A stretch of DNA of 64,000 bases from Candidatus Cloacimonadota bacterium (GCA_049903315.1 JBNGBT010000007.1:78160-142159); one strand, 5' to 3'; positions 51,594 to 61,718 are shown, numbered from the stretch's first letter. A program made the numbers and translations. Notes: generated by a model from the sequence alone, not told the origin.

Positions 51594-53691
51594 CTACTAT
51601 CTCGAATTCTATATCATGAATTATTCTCTTCACTTTAACTTTCAGCTTTTGACAGAGCACAAACCTCTGTTTGCTTCGTTTTCCGATCACTGCATATTGC
51701 TTTGGATCGAACTCATAGAAGTCTCTTCCGATAGTTGCGAGAGGAATATATCCTTCAATAGGGTATGAATCTAATTCTACATATATATTTCGTTTATTAA
51801 AATTCACGATCAGGGCATCAAAAGTTTTATCCAAATTTTCACGCATAAAGCGGTTCTTTTTCAGCTCTCCAAGACTTCGTTCTGCGTTCATAGCACGTAC
51901 TTCCATCTCTGAGGAATGCGCTGCAAAAGTTTTTATTTCATTCAAAGAAAACCGTTTTGTTGTCCATTCAAAAACATATTGCTTGATCAGATGATGAACA
52001 ATAAGGTCGGGAAACCGGCGAATAGGGGAGGTGAAATGTGTATAAGACTTGAGCGCTAGCCCGAAATGCCCGATATTCCGATACGAATACTTTGCCTTCA
52101 TCAAGCTTCTGAGTAGCAAATAATCATACACGCGGTGCTGTTTTTCGTCTTTGATCGACTGGAGGAATTGCTTTATCGAGATATTTATATCTTTATGATT
52201 GATATTAAAAGGAAATCCATACGCTTTAATGGTACGGGCAAATTCAGTAATTTTTTCCATGCTTGGAGGTTCGTGAATACGAAATATTGCAGCGCTGCAT
52301 TTTCTTGCGATCAGTTTTGCCACAAACTCGTTTGCTGCGAGCATGAATTCTTCAATAAGTAAATGGCTTTCTGTCTGGTGTGTACGCAGGATATCTATCG
52401 GACTGCCATGATCATCAAAAATGAATTCTGAATCAGGAAGATCAAAATCAAGACTTCCTCTTGCATAACGAGTTTTAGTAAGATGTTGAGCAAGCGGTCG
52501 CATCTGCAATATGAGATCTTTAACTTCCGGTTTGATATCTTCATTCTCACCCTTTGAGAATAAGACATCCACCTGCTCGTAACTCAGTCTTTGATCGCTT
52601 TTTATAATAGAGGGATAAACACTCGAGCCAAGTGCTTTAAACTGAGCATCATAATCTATAATAACCGTCATGGTAAGACGATCTACTTCCGGCTGTAAGC
52701 TACATAATTCATTACTCAATTTAAAGGGAAGCATAGGAATGACATTTTGCAGAAGATAGATGCTTGTTCCACGTTCCAATGCATCTGAAAATAGTGCGGA
52801 AGGTACTTTCACATAGTGAGATACATCTGCTATATGAATGTATAATTTGAAGGTGCCATTATCTATTTCTTCAAATGAAAGTGCATCATCAAAATCTTTT
52901 GCAGTTCTTGGGTCGATTGTAAATGTGACAAGATTTCTGAAATCCTTCCTTCGTGAAATCTCATCAACAGAAATCGAGTTTGGTAAAGACTCAACTTCCT
53001 TAACAACTCCTTCAGGAAAAGTAGCTGGAAGCCCATATTCTTTGACTATTGCAAGATAATCCACATTTGGATCATCAAGTTCGCCCAATATCTCTATTAT
53101 TTTTCCGGAAGGTAAAATTTGCCGATCCCTATTACCCCAATCTGTTATTTGTATAACTATTTTTTTCCCTGAAATCTTGGGGAAATCTCCCACTTCAAAA
53201 AGTTCAACTTCAGTATCAAATTTAGGATTATCAGAAACAAAATAGACATGGCTGTCCTGTTTAAACGCAGAGCCAACCAAAGTACTGTTCTTCCTTTCAA
53301 TAACTTTGAGTATTTTACCTACTGGGCCTTGCCGAGCTTCTTTTATTACAATAAATTCAACCATATCGTGATGATAAGCATTCAGACAGTTTTCTTCATA
53401 TATTTTCACGTCCGTATTTTCTGTTTCTACAAATCCAAAAGGATATTTCTTTGAGAGAGCTGTCGCATCAAATGTGCCGACATGTGTTTTTTTAGGAGAA
53501 GGAGGGGAGTACGTTTTCTTATTCCTTATCAAGACACCTTCGGATTCTAGTTCTCTCAAAATATTTTTTATTTGTTTGAAATTTTTTTTCTTAATATTAA
53601 ATATTTTTGCGATCTTAGGAACTGTTAATTGTCTTTCAGGATGCCTGTTAATGTAATCTTTTATCTCCTGGAAGAGGTTTTTTTGAGACAT
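51586..53691 (-). CDS. rnr: Ribonuclease R
   Basis: FTIDP.TAKDFDDA, HIADVSHYV, LIEEFML.AN, HFGLA...YTHFTSPIRR. Confidence 0.94.
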   Translation of the reverse strand: MSQKNLFQEIKDYINRHPERQLTVPKIAKIFNIKKKNFKQIKNILRELESEGVLIRNKKTYSPPSPKKTHVGTFDATALSKKYPFGFVETENTDVKIYEENCLNAYHHDMVEFIVIKEARQGPVGKILKVIERKNSTLVGSAFKQDSHVYFVSDNPKFDTEVELFEVGDFPKISGKKIVIQITDWGNRDRQILPSGKIIEILGELDDPNVDYLAIVKEYGLPATFPEGVVKEVESLPNSISVDEISRRKDFRNLVTFTIDPRTAKDFDDALSFEEIDNGTFKLYIHIADVSHYVKVPSALFSDALERGTSIYLLQNVIPMLPFKLSNELCSLQPEVDRLTMTVIIDYDAQFKALGSSVYPSIIKSDQRLSYEQVDVLFSKGENEDIKPEVKDLILQMRPLAQHLTKTRYARGSLDFDLPDSEFIFDDHGSPIDILRTHQTESHLLIEEFMLAANEFVAKLIARKCSAAIFRIHEPPSMEKITEFARTIKAYGFPFNINHKDINISIKQFLQSIKDEKQHRVYDYLLLRSLMKAKYSYRNIGHFGLALKSYTHFTSPIRRFPDLIVHHLIKQYVFEWTTKRFSLNEIKTFAAHSSEMEVRAMNAERSLGELKKNRFMRENLDKTFDALIVNFNKRNIYVELDSYPIEGYIPLATIGRDFYEFDPKQYAVIGKRSKQRFVLCQKLKVKVKRIIHDIEFEIVDE

Positions 53692-54119
53692 TAAAATTTG
53701 TTTCCTATCTTCTCACTCAAAAATTCCATGATCTGCTTTTTCTCTTTCTGCTCTTTTGTAAAACGTATTGATTGACCTCTGAATCTGTCCAGTCCCCGAG
53801 GACGGTTAAAAGTACTGAGCATGACTCCTTTTTTATCTGCATAAAAGCATTTGAATTCATTATACTTTCTTTCTCTTTTGAACACGAGTACTTTCAAAAA
53901 TATATGATCGTCATAAAATTCATAATATGTTGGAACAAAAAATGAAAAAAGCGATGAAAAAAGGAAAACCATAGAAAGCAAAACCCAGAAAAAATTCAAT
54001 GTAATTGTATAGACAAACACTGCTGCTAACACAAAAAAAGCAAGAACAAGAGCTCCTGATAGGGGAAATTCAACAAACGGAAATGAAATCCATTTATAGA
54101 TCGGTTTGTTATTCGACAT
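53691..54119 (-). CDS. Two-TM membrane hypothetical protein
   Basis: Two hydrophobic helices; overlaps both neighbours in the operon. Confidence 0.7.
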   Translation of the reverse strand: MSNNKPIYKWISFPFVEFPLSGALVLAFFVLAAVFVYTITLNFFWVLLSMVFLFSSLFSFFVPTYYEFYDDHIFLKVLVFKRERKYNEFKCFYADKKGVMLSTFNRPRGLDRFRGQSIRFTKEQKEKKQIMEFLSEKIGNKF

Positions 54120-55008
54120 TGAGTGCCTGCTCCTTGCATTTTTCGATTTCTTCTTTTATATTTACTATATCTGCAAAAATTGACACATTATGATATTTTG
54201 CTGAAATTGTACTGATTTCTCTCTGCATTTCCTGGAGGACAAATATCATGGAAAGTCCTATGGGTTTGTCTTTTACGTTAATTACATTACGTAATTTATT
54301 CAGATGACTTTTTAATCTCACAATTTCTTCTGTTATGTCCGACTTATCAATATAATAGTTGACTTCTGAGAGGAGTTTCTCTTCATTGAATTTCGATAGA
54401 TTAATATCTTCATCATGTGTGATCTCTTTACAGATATTCTGAACTTTGATTTTCAATTCTTCCAAAAATTCTGGAATTGAATGTTCAATTGTATTGAGAG
54501 ACACTTCAATTTGGTTTATTGATCTTATAAAAAATTCTTCTAAGTGATTTCCCTCAGATTTTCTTTCTTCAACAAGGAATTTTAATGCTTTTTTGAGTGT
54601 ATCAGATAGTATTTTTTGAAAATCTTCTGATAAATAGTACTGGTCAATAGGGGAGTTGTCCATTTTTTGCAGTGATATCAGGTCTGCTATTGAAATATTT
54701 GTATTAAAACCATGCTCAGATTTGAATTTTTGTAAAATATCTAATATTTTTTTTATATGTTCATCATCAAAATCAATGTTTGCTATGTCATATCTTGAGT
54801 CTTTTAACGAGACAATAACATTGATCCCACCTCTGTTTACAAATTCAGGAATCGTTTGCTCAATTTTGTAGGATAAATATTCCGGGAATTCATAGGGTAA
54901 TCTTGTACGAACATTGAGATATTTATCATTCAATGATTTTACACTCACTCTGAGATAGATATCATCCTTATTATATTCCGCCACACCAAATCCAGTCATA
55001 CTATTCAT
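54109..55008 (-). CDS. yicC: YicC/YloC family endoribonuclease
   Basis: MNSMTGFG, DITEE.VRLKSH, QEM.RE..TI..K, EQ..NVE. Confidence 0.93.
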   Translation of the reverse strand: MNSMTGFGVAEYNKDDIYLRVSVKSLNDKYLNVRTRLPYEFPEYLSYKIEQTIPEFVNRGGINVIVSLKDSRYDIANIDFDDEHIKKILDILQKFKSEHGFNTNISIADLISLQKMDNSPIDQYYLSEDFQKILSDTLKKALKFLVEERKSEGNHLEEFFIRSINQIEVSLNTIEHSIPEFLEELKIKVQNICKEITHDEDINLSKFNEEKLLSEVNYYIDKSDITEEIVRLKSHLNKLRNVINVKDKPIGLSMIFVLQEMQREISTISAKYHNVSIFADIVNIKEEIEKCKEQALNVE

Positions 55009-55133
55009 AGACGTTCCTTTATGATCAAGTTTGATTGAACCGAGACTTCTATGATTAATATGTCAAGAAATTACGTGTAGGGAAGGAGTGCCCATAAATC
55101 CCGACCATCAAAACAATTCCAAAAACATCTTCA

Positions 55134-55161
55134 AGTTTACATAAGGTATATTATCAGACAT
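55134..55161 (-). other. dif-like XerC/D site 1
   Basis: Minus strand ATGTCTGATAA-TATACC-TTATGTAAACT; right arm matches the B. subtilis-type XerD arm TTATGTAAACT. Confidence 0.75.
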
Positions 55162-55202
55162 TGGATATTGTTTTAAAATAACGCCTTTTTCTAATTTAAA
55201 TT

Positions 55203-55230
55203 GCATTTGATAATGTATATTATGTAAATA
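55203..55230 (+). other. dif-like XerC/D site 2 (inverted relative to site 1)
   Basis: GCATTTGATAA-TGTATA-TTATGTAAATA; core ATAATGTATATTATGT is the same as in E. coli dif. Confidence 0.7.
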
Positions 55231-55440
55231 TCAGATAAATTTTGATTCTTCTAAAATTCGTTAATTAATTTAATTTTAAATTTTTATTTTTTTTTGAATT
55301 GAATTTTTTGGTTATACGCCACGAATTATTTTTTCTGAGTCATATATGTCTCAATTATTATTAATCTTTCTCGTATATTTTTATTTTATTTGAAAAGTTT
55401 ACATAATTTTCTGAAAAAATATTGTGTAATATATTTTTAT

Positions 55441-57816
55441 CTAATCAATTATTACGAATTTTCCATATTTTGAAGATCCTATTCCAGATTCTATTGAGTA
55501 GAAATACAAACCAGTAGAAATTTTATCTCCATCTTCAGCTTTCAAATCCCAAAATATATCATGATTTCCGCATTGATAGTTTTTATCCGTCAGCTTTTTC
55601 ACTCTCTGACCTCGAATATTATAGACATTTATTTCAATTCTTTCAGATTTTTTACTTGAAAAGGAGATTTTTAAGTTATTTTTACAAGGATTTGGCATCA
55701 AATTTAAATTATATACATCACACTCAATTTCATCTACACTTATTGGAGAAAGCCCTTTTCCATGCGTCCAAATTGGATCTAATATAACTCCATCATTGTA
55801 ATTCGGGCTGGAATCGTGAGCAAAAAGACCGCTTCCCTCGTTCATTTGCCAATAGCCCGAAAGACCACTTTCAGAACCATTTAGATAATAATTCATATAG
55901 TATTCAATTTCATTATGACTTCTTACTGTATTCCATGCTCGCACTTCGTCCAATGTCCCGTTAAAGGTGAAGCAATTATACGATGTACTGCCGATTGCAA
56001 ATTGATAATCGCCGTTGTCTGCCAGAGCACCCGATGGAGTATTTGTTGATGAAAGCAATTGTTCAACACCGTCAATATACATTTTCACTTCGCCCGAAGT
56101 ACTGCAATAACTGGTCGCAACGTGCTGCCATGCATGTAATGAGATTGAATTATCCGGTGTGGTTATTATCGAGTTGCTTCCTGAAGCATTATAAAGCCAT
56201 AACGCAAGGCAATAATTATTTGTAACTGCATATTCTTTTATCAGCATCAGTACATAAGCATTTTTATCGATGATCCTGCCAAATCCAAGAGAGGGATGCA
56301 AACCCCACCCAACGGGCTTGATCCAAGCTTCCAGCGTAAGATCATCCACAATATTCAGCGTTGGAGAAGGTGAAATCGCAACACAGTTCCCCGACTCAAA
56401 ATATAATGCACTCTCTCCATCAAAAACCTTGATACTATCATCAAGTGTCACAGTTTCTGTCATTATGCCATTTGATATTTCCACTGTAGGCATATATGAA
56501 CCAACTTCATTATAGATCCATTCGGGATTTTGCTCATACGAATCTATTATGCCGTCATTATCAAAATCCCAATGCCAATAGACGACATCGGGTTTGCTGA
56601 AGGTTGTTTCACTGAAATTCACTGTCAAAGGCAGGTTTCCTGTCATCACATCTACTGTGAAATCCGCAACCAGGAATTCGTTAACATTCTCCCACCAACG
56701 AATATGATGAACACCGTACACTGCAGTACATCCGACAATATCAAGATCATCATCAGAATCCAGATCTACTACAAATAGTTTAAGCAGATCCAGTGCATCA
56801 GTACTGATAAGGGTTTCCGTAAAATTTGCTTCCCCGTCGTTCTCAAAGAATGATGCGATTGCGTCCTGCCAGGCGATGGCAAAAATATCCATATCTCCGT
56901 CTTCATCGATATCTGACAAAACCGGGCTTCGACCTCCTGCATAGCTGTCATTGAGCATGTGAAGTGTAAAATTCTGGCTGCCGTCATTCTCAAACCAGCC
57001 CACATTATCGCTGACACCGCATGAAGTGAGTGCAAAGTCCACATATGCATCATCATTTATAAATCCTGCTTGTATCCAGTTGGATTTATCCCAATCATCA
57101 AAGAGAAGATGTTCCGTAAATATCTCATCATCACCGATATTTTCGAACCAAACGACTCCCCCACCTTGTGCTGCTGCGATAATATCGATATCAGTGTCTC
57201 CATCCACATCCAGTGCTGCTGCTCCGCTTACCACGGTCCAGTCATCTTTAATGATATGCTCTTCGAAGTTTTCATTTCCATCATTCTCGAACCAGCCGAT
57301 CCTTCCCATCTGGCATGCTGTGGCAAGGATATCGACCTCGCCGTCGGAGTTGATGTCGATCAGATCTCCGCTTGGACGATCTGTTACGAGCACAAATCCC
57401 GGCTCATCCCAGGTTGTAGCTACATCATGAGCAGTGAAGGTTTCATCATGGTTATTCTCAAACCACGTGATCCTGTTTGCCGCATTTGCAGTTGCCACAA
57501 GATCGGGATATCCATCCTTATTGATGTCTCCCACATCGATCGCTTTGGCATTTGTGTATCCATTGATCACAAGATGCTCTGTAAAGTTGAGATTGCCGTC
57601 ATTTTCCAGCCATGTGATATGACCGCTCTGAAAACACGTGTATACAAGATCGGGATATCCATCCAGGTTGAAATCCGCAGCTGCAATTGCACATGCGCCG
57701 TTCGTGTTTTCGAAAAGTGTGTGCTCTTCCAGCAATGTGTCTGCGTAAAGCAGAGATAATTGTACAAGCCCTATTACTATTATGAAGAATAGAGCCACTC
57801 CTATTCTTTTTTTCAT
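55441..57816 (-). CDS. Secreted FG-GAP/VCBS repeat + PKD + LamG + FlgD-Ig/T9SS-type C-terminal domain protein
   Basis: Repeated DxDxDGxxD...WFENDG; WHWDFDNDG..DS.EQNP (PKD); TLEAWIKP..WQHVA..FNG.LDEVRAW (LamG); PNP..VYNIRGQ tail. Confidence 0.88.
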   Translation of the reverse strand: MKKRIGVALFFIIVIGLVQLSLLYADTLLEEHTLFENTNGACAIAAADFNLDGYPDLVYTCFQSGHITWLENDGNLNFTEHLVINGYTNAKAIDVGDINKDGYPDLVATANAANRITWFENNHDETFTAHDVATTWDEPGFVLVTDRPSGDLIDINSDGEVDILATACQMGRIGWFENDGNENFEEHIIKDDWTVVSGAAALDVDGDTDIDIIAAAQGGGVVWFENIGDDEIFTEHLLFDDWDKSNWIQAGFINDDAYVDFALTSCGVSDNVGWFENDGSQNFTLHMLNDSYAGGRSPVLSDIDEDGDMDIFAIAWQDAIASFFENDGEANFTETLISTDALDLLKLFVVDLDSDDDLDIVGCTAVYGVHHIRWWENVNEFLVADFTVDVMTGNLPLTVNFSETTFSKPDVVYWHWDFDNDGIIDSYEQNPEWIYNEVGSYMPTVEISNGIMTETVTLDDSIKVFDGESALYFESGNCVAISPSPTLNIVDDLTLEAWIKPVGWGLHPSLGFGRIIDKNAYVLMLIKEYAVTNNYCLALWLYNASGSNSIITTPDNSISLHAWQHVATSYCSTSGEVKMYIDGVEQLLSSTNTPSGALADNGDYQFAIGSTSYNCFTFNGTLDEVRAWNTVRSHNEIEYYMNYYLNGSESGLSGYWQMNEGSGLFAHDSSPNYNDGVILDPIWTHGKGLSPISVDEIECDVYNLNLMPNPCKNNLKISFSSKKSERIEINVYNIRGQRVKKLTDKNYQCGNHDIFWDLKAEDGDKISTGLYFYSIESGIGSSKYGKFVIID

Positions 57817-57851
57817 GTATGCTCCCCTTATTGATTTTATTTTTTCTGAGA

Positions 57852-58718
57852 TTAAGGTGCGTCTTTATAAAGGGCTTTAAGGCGCAAGATTGCAGGTGCA
57901 ATATCGAAATATTTGGCTGCATACGCATTGATGCCGTCCCATATCTGCTCCCGTGAAAGCCCGTTTTTGAACATATTGATAATATTGCTGAATGCAATCT
58001 CGTACAGCATATCACTGTAGATCCAGCCGGCAAGGAATGTGCTGCTGCTCCACAGCGCATAGATCAGTTCCTCTTCCTGTTGCTTAAAGGTCGATATCAG
58101 AAATTTACCGCCGTCCACGGCAACGCAGAACCAGTTAATCCCCCATGGTTCATACGTTTTACCAGGCGCGACATAATTAGAATACTTCACGATCTCGCAC
58201 CCTTTGACCTTATAAGTATCATCACCAAGTATGACGACTTTTATACCCCGCGCTGCAGTTTCTTCGAGAACCGATTTGATCCGTTCAAGCTGCACGGGCT
58301 GAACATCTATAAATATGACCTCCTCAGCCGATTGTATCATTTCCTCTGCTTTTGTATAAACCTGACTGACCGTGTTAAGCGCATAGATCTGGTCGTCCTG
58401 TTCCGAATTTTGGATGGAACTGAACGCTTCGGTGATCGCTTCCTTTTTTGTAAAAAATTCTTTTTCCTTTTGCCCCAGGACCTGCTCGATGGGCACTGCC
58501 TGGAACTGCTTGGTCCTGCCTGCCTGAAGCTCGACGATTGCCCCTTTTTGCTCCAGTGTCTTTAACGCCTGATACACATTTGAGCGGGATTTGCCAATGC
58601 TGTTCGATATGGTATATCCCGACTGTGCCTCACTTTGCACCAATGACAGGTACACTTCTGCTTCGATGCGGGTAAACCCGATTCCTACAAGAAGCCCGAG
58701 TAATTCTGATGCATTCAT
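57852..58718 (-). CDS. TrmB family transcriptional regulator
   Basis: GFT..EA.VY..L...SGY.IS...GKSRSNVY..L..LEQKG; GGAG RBS before ATG at 58718. Confidence 0.88.
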   Translation of the reverse strand: MNASELLGLLVGIGFTRIEAEVYLSLVQSEAQSGYTISNSIGKSRSNVYQALKTLEQKGAIVELQAGRTKQFQAVPIEQVLGQKEKEFFTKKEAITEAFSSIQNSEQDDQIYALNTVSQVYTKAEEMIQSAEEVIFIDVQPVQLERIKSVLEETAARGIKVVILGDDTYKVKGCEIVKYSNYVAPGKTYEPWGINWFCVAVDGGKFLISTFKQQEEELIYALWSSSTFLAGWIYSDMLYEIAFSNIINMFKNGLSREQIWDGINAYAAKYFDIAPAILRLKALYKDAP

Positions 58719-58731
58719 GTACACTCCATTT

Positions 58732-58755
58732 TAGTGTTTCTATTTAGAACTACTA
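58732..58755 (-). promoter_or_regulatory. Imperfect palindrome, probable TrmB autoregulatory operator
   Basis: tagtgtttctatttagaactacta (18 of 24 positions self-complementary), between a minus-strand TTGACA (58776-58781) and the RBS. Confidence 0.55.
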
Positions 58756-58862
58756 TTTAATGTTGTGAAAAGGATTGTCAAATAAAATGTTTCAGAAATT
58801 TATAATATTTAATTAATTTTATATATATCAATATCTCTGAGGAATCGATGTATATTACATTT

Positions 58863-59459
58863 CTAGTGAAGTATTATATTACTTGTTGTTTTTATTATAT
58901 CGATGTAATATTCTATGTATTTTATATTATTAAATTGTTTAAACAAAAAACGACCTGGTGTCATTCCTCTTATCCCATATCCAAATTTCCTTCTTACAAG
59001 TTTATTAAACTTATCTTTAGCTACTTTAGATTTATGAGCAATTCTATTTCTTACAGTATTCATGTCATTAAAGTCAGTCATCGTACTTTGTAATACATTT
59101 TTATATGGTTCGCCATCTTTGAAATATAACTCTGATCTTGAAATCACCATATTTGCAGAATTCCATTTTGGAAATTCTTTTTCAGCACTAATAACCCTTA
59201 ATGCATGATCCATATTTTTAAAATTTATAAGTCTATTTGGTTCATAACCATTCGGCGATATTGCCCCAACCATATATCTAATGAATGATTCTTCTAAAAA
59301 GTTCTCCCATGCAATAAAGATTCTTAGAAATGACAACTCATTTATTATTTCCAACTGTATCTGAGGTATACCAATACTCTCAATTTTTTTTACTAATTTA
59401 ATACTACTATCTATTTGATTTTGCAACCTATTTAAAACATGGATAAGTTTTGCAGTCAT
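58863..59459 (-). CDS. HEPN-domain protein (putative RNase)
   Basis: RxxxxH motif RNRIAH; N-terminal helix FIAWENFLEE. Confidence 0.8.
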   Translation of the reverse strand: MTAKLIHVLNRLQNQIDSSIKLVKKIESIGIPQIQLEIINELSFLRIFIAWENFLEESFIRYMVGAISPNGYEPNRLINFKNMDHALRVISAEKEFPKWNSANMVISRSELYFKDGEPYKNVLQSTMTDFNDMNTVRNRIAHKSKVAKDKFNKLVRRKFGYGIRGMTPGRFLFKQFNNIKYIEYYIDIIKTTSNIILH

Positions 59460-59473
59460 TATTTATTATATTA

Positions 59474-60514
59474 TTATTTTCTTATTTCGTTTATAATTTC
59501 TTTAACAATCGTATTATGTCTAATCATCCTTTTTGTTTTATCAGTTGTATGTCTCTTTGAAGCATCAGCAAATTCATAATATTCTTTTGAAGGTTCTTTA
59601 ATTTCTCCTTCTAATTTTAATAATGCATTTCTAATATGCTTTATCATATCCTTTTTAATTATAAAATTTTTTATTTCTGAGTTTTTCATTCCATAGTTTA
59701 TATTATAAATTGCACAAAAAACACTATAAAATAGTGTCGTTTTTTTATATTGTGTTTCCACTAAATTATTATTAAATATTTCTGCAATTAAATCAATACA
59801 TCTTTGAAATCTATCGACTATTTTTTCTTGCTGAGGAAAATCATCATCATAATCTTTGTAATAGGATTTGATTTTTTTTCTATCTTGTATTCCATCAATC
59901 ATTGCAATTACTAAATCTGTAGCAAGTTCAGCTTCTTTCATTCTCATAATATTATAATTTGTTAATATTCCATTCTTTCTCCAGAATTCTAGATGTTCTC
60001 TTCCTAATTTAAATACTGTCTGTTTGAATTCCCCGGAAAATTCTGCATTTAATTTTTCTTGCGGATTTAATGTTATTGTGTATGAGTTAATCCTTTCAAA
60101 CACTTCAAGAGTGTCTGTATCGTCAGCCCCGACTAAGACATCAACTAATAAATCATAGTCTAAAATTCTTTCTTTTATATCTTTTGGTAATTCATTAAAT
60201 TTTAGTCCACCATATTTTTTATTATGGACCTTCATAACCATAAATTTATTATCTAAATACTCTAAAATAGCTTTTATCCTTTGTTGTCCATCAACAACTT
60301 CTCTTATTGTTTTTTTTATATTTAGGTCAATTTTTTGTCTTAAATATACTGCAGGTATTGGAAATCCATTTAAAATCGTATCAATTAAATACGATTTTGC
60401 TTTTGTAGACCATACCTCTCTTCTCTGAAACTCCGGTGATAAAACTAATTCTCCTCTATCATCCCATTCCCTAAAATCATTAATACTAGCAGTTTTGGGT
60501 TTATGATTTTCCAT
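59474..60514 (-). CDS. DUF262 (ParB-like/GmrS-type) protein
   Basis: PEFQRREVW, LIDTIL.G.PIP, VVDGQQR, FERINS; no HNH/DUF1524 motif seen. Confidence 0.9.
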   Translation of the reverse strand: MENHKPKTASINDFREWDDRGELVLSPEFQRREVWSTKAKSYLIDTILNGFPIPAVYLRQKIDLNIKKTIREVVDGQQRIKAILEYLDNKFMVMKVHNKKYGGLKFNELPKDIKERILDYDLLVDVLVGADDTDTLEVFERINSYTITLNPQEKLNAEFSGEFKQTVFKLGREHLEFWRKNGILTNYNIMRMKEAELATDLVIAMIDGIQDRKKIKSYYKDYDDDFPQQEKIVDRFQRCIDLIAEIFNNNLVETQYKKTTLFYSVFCAIYNINYGMKNSEIKNFIIKKDMIKHIRNALLKLEGEIKEPSKEYYEFADASKRHTTDKTKRMIRHNTIVKEIINEIRK

Positions 60515-60620
60515 ATTTCTCCTTTTTTATAAAAATCTCTATATCTACAAATATAATCCAATTTCTTAATAAATATACTAATTATTCATTATCACTTAAT
60601 TTAAATTATTTCATAAATTT

Positions 60621-60647
60621 ATTATATACTAAAGTCTTTCTTGTCAA
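60621..60647 (-). promoter_or_regulatory. Candidate sigma70 promoter for DUF262-HEPN
   Basis: Minus strand TTGACA-N15-TATAAT (spacer shorter than consensus). Confidence 0.45.
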
Positions 60648-60876
60648 CTTTAACGTTTTTACTTATAATCCTCTATATACAGATTCACTCTCGAACCATC
60701 TGAAGTACAATCTCAACTTCACGATCATAATTAACACAATAAATTTTTCTTTAGTCAAAATTTATCTTATTTAAATGTAAATAAAAAATTTCTTAAATCC
60801 AATATTAGTAATTATCTCAAAACTTAATATATCAAATTCTTTTGTTTCTTTTATGTATAATCATTCTTTGATAAAT

Positions 60877-61689
60877 TTATATTTTTTTTAGATGAAATAA
60901 ATCTTTTTTAAACACTATACAATCTTGTTTTGCTGTTTCCTCAACATCTACTTGGCAATTTTTTATATTTTGTCCCCATACATCATAGAATATACTTGTA
61001 AAGTGATTTATAACATCGTTATCTTTTATATACCATGCGACATTATATTTTTCACTTAAAAATGGATCAGTGTTTGGAAAATGTATCAACATTCTTGAAT
61101 TTTTTGAATGGTCATCAAAAATATCAAATGACATTTGGACTTCAGATTCTGGTACAATTTGTATTTGAAATCTATTAATAATGTCTATTCCTTTTTCTAT
61201 TAAATCTGATTCATATATTTCTTTACAGTAATTAGAAATTTTATCATTATTCGAACTAGAATATAGATATATAATTTTATATTTCACATTATTAACTAAA
61301 TAATCAATGAATATTTTCGCTCTTTCTGTTGTATTAACCTTAGGCACTGCGCCCATTATATTAACTGATTTTTCTGGAATACCTAGTTGAGCGTGGCCTC
61401 CTCTATGTGATAGCATTGGAATTGATCTAGCAACAATTTTTAATGATTCCATATGCTCAATGTGTTTTTTTCTAATTTCATTATTTTCTTCCCTAATTTC
61501 ATTAGATGATTTGACTTCAAAATAGTATATTAGTAATGCAACTGAAACTAATGAACTTACTGATAATACTATCGGTATTATATATAACAAAGTTCTGATC
61601 TTAATTACTCCACTAACATAACATAGTACTTGTACAAATATAACAAAAGAAGGCCATAAAATTATGTTTTTAATTTTATTTTCATTCAT
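60877..61689 (-). CDS. Two-TM membrane protein with a soluble C-terminal alpha/beta domain of unknown function
   Basis: Two N-terminal hydrophobic helices, a charged linker, then a domain ending SFDIFD...WYIKD..VINHFTSIFYDVW. Confidence 0.7.
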   Translation of the reverse strand: MNENKIKNIILWPSFVIFVQVLCYVSGVIKIRTLLYIIPIVLSVSSLVSVALLIYYFEVKSSNEIREENNEIRKKHIEHMESLKIVARSIPMLSHRGGHAQLGIPEKSVNIMGAVPKVNTTERAKIFIDYLVNNVKYKIIYLYSSSNNDKISNYCKEIYESDLIEKGIDIINRFQIQIVPESEVQMSFDIFDDHSKNSRMLIHFPNTDPFLSEKYNVAWYIKDNDVINHFTSIFYDVWGQNIKNCQVDVEETAKQDCIVFKKDLFHLKKI

Positions 61690-61718
61690 AGTATATTCTC
61701 CAAAACAATTTTCGTATT

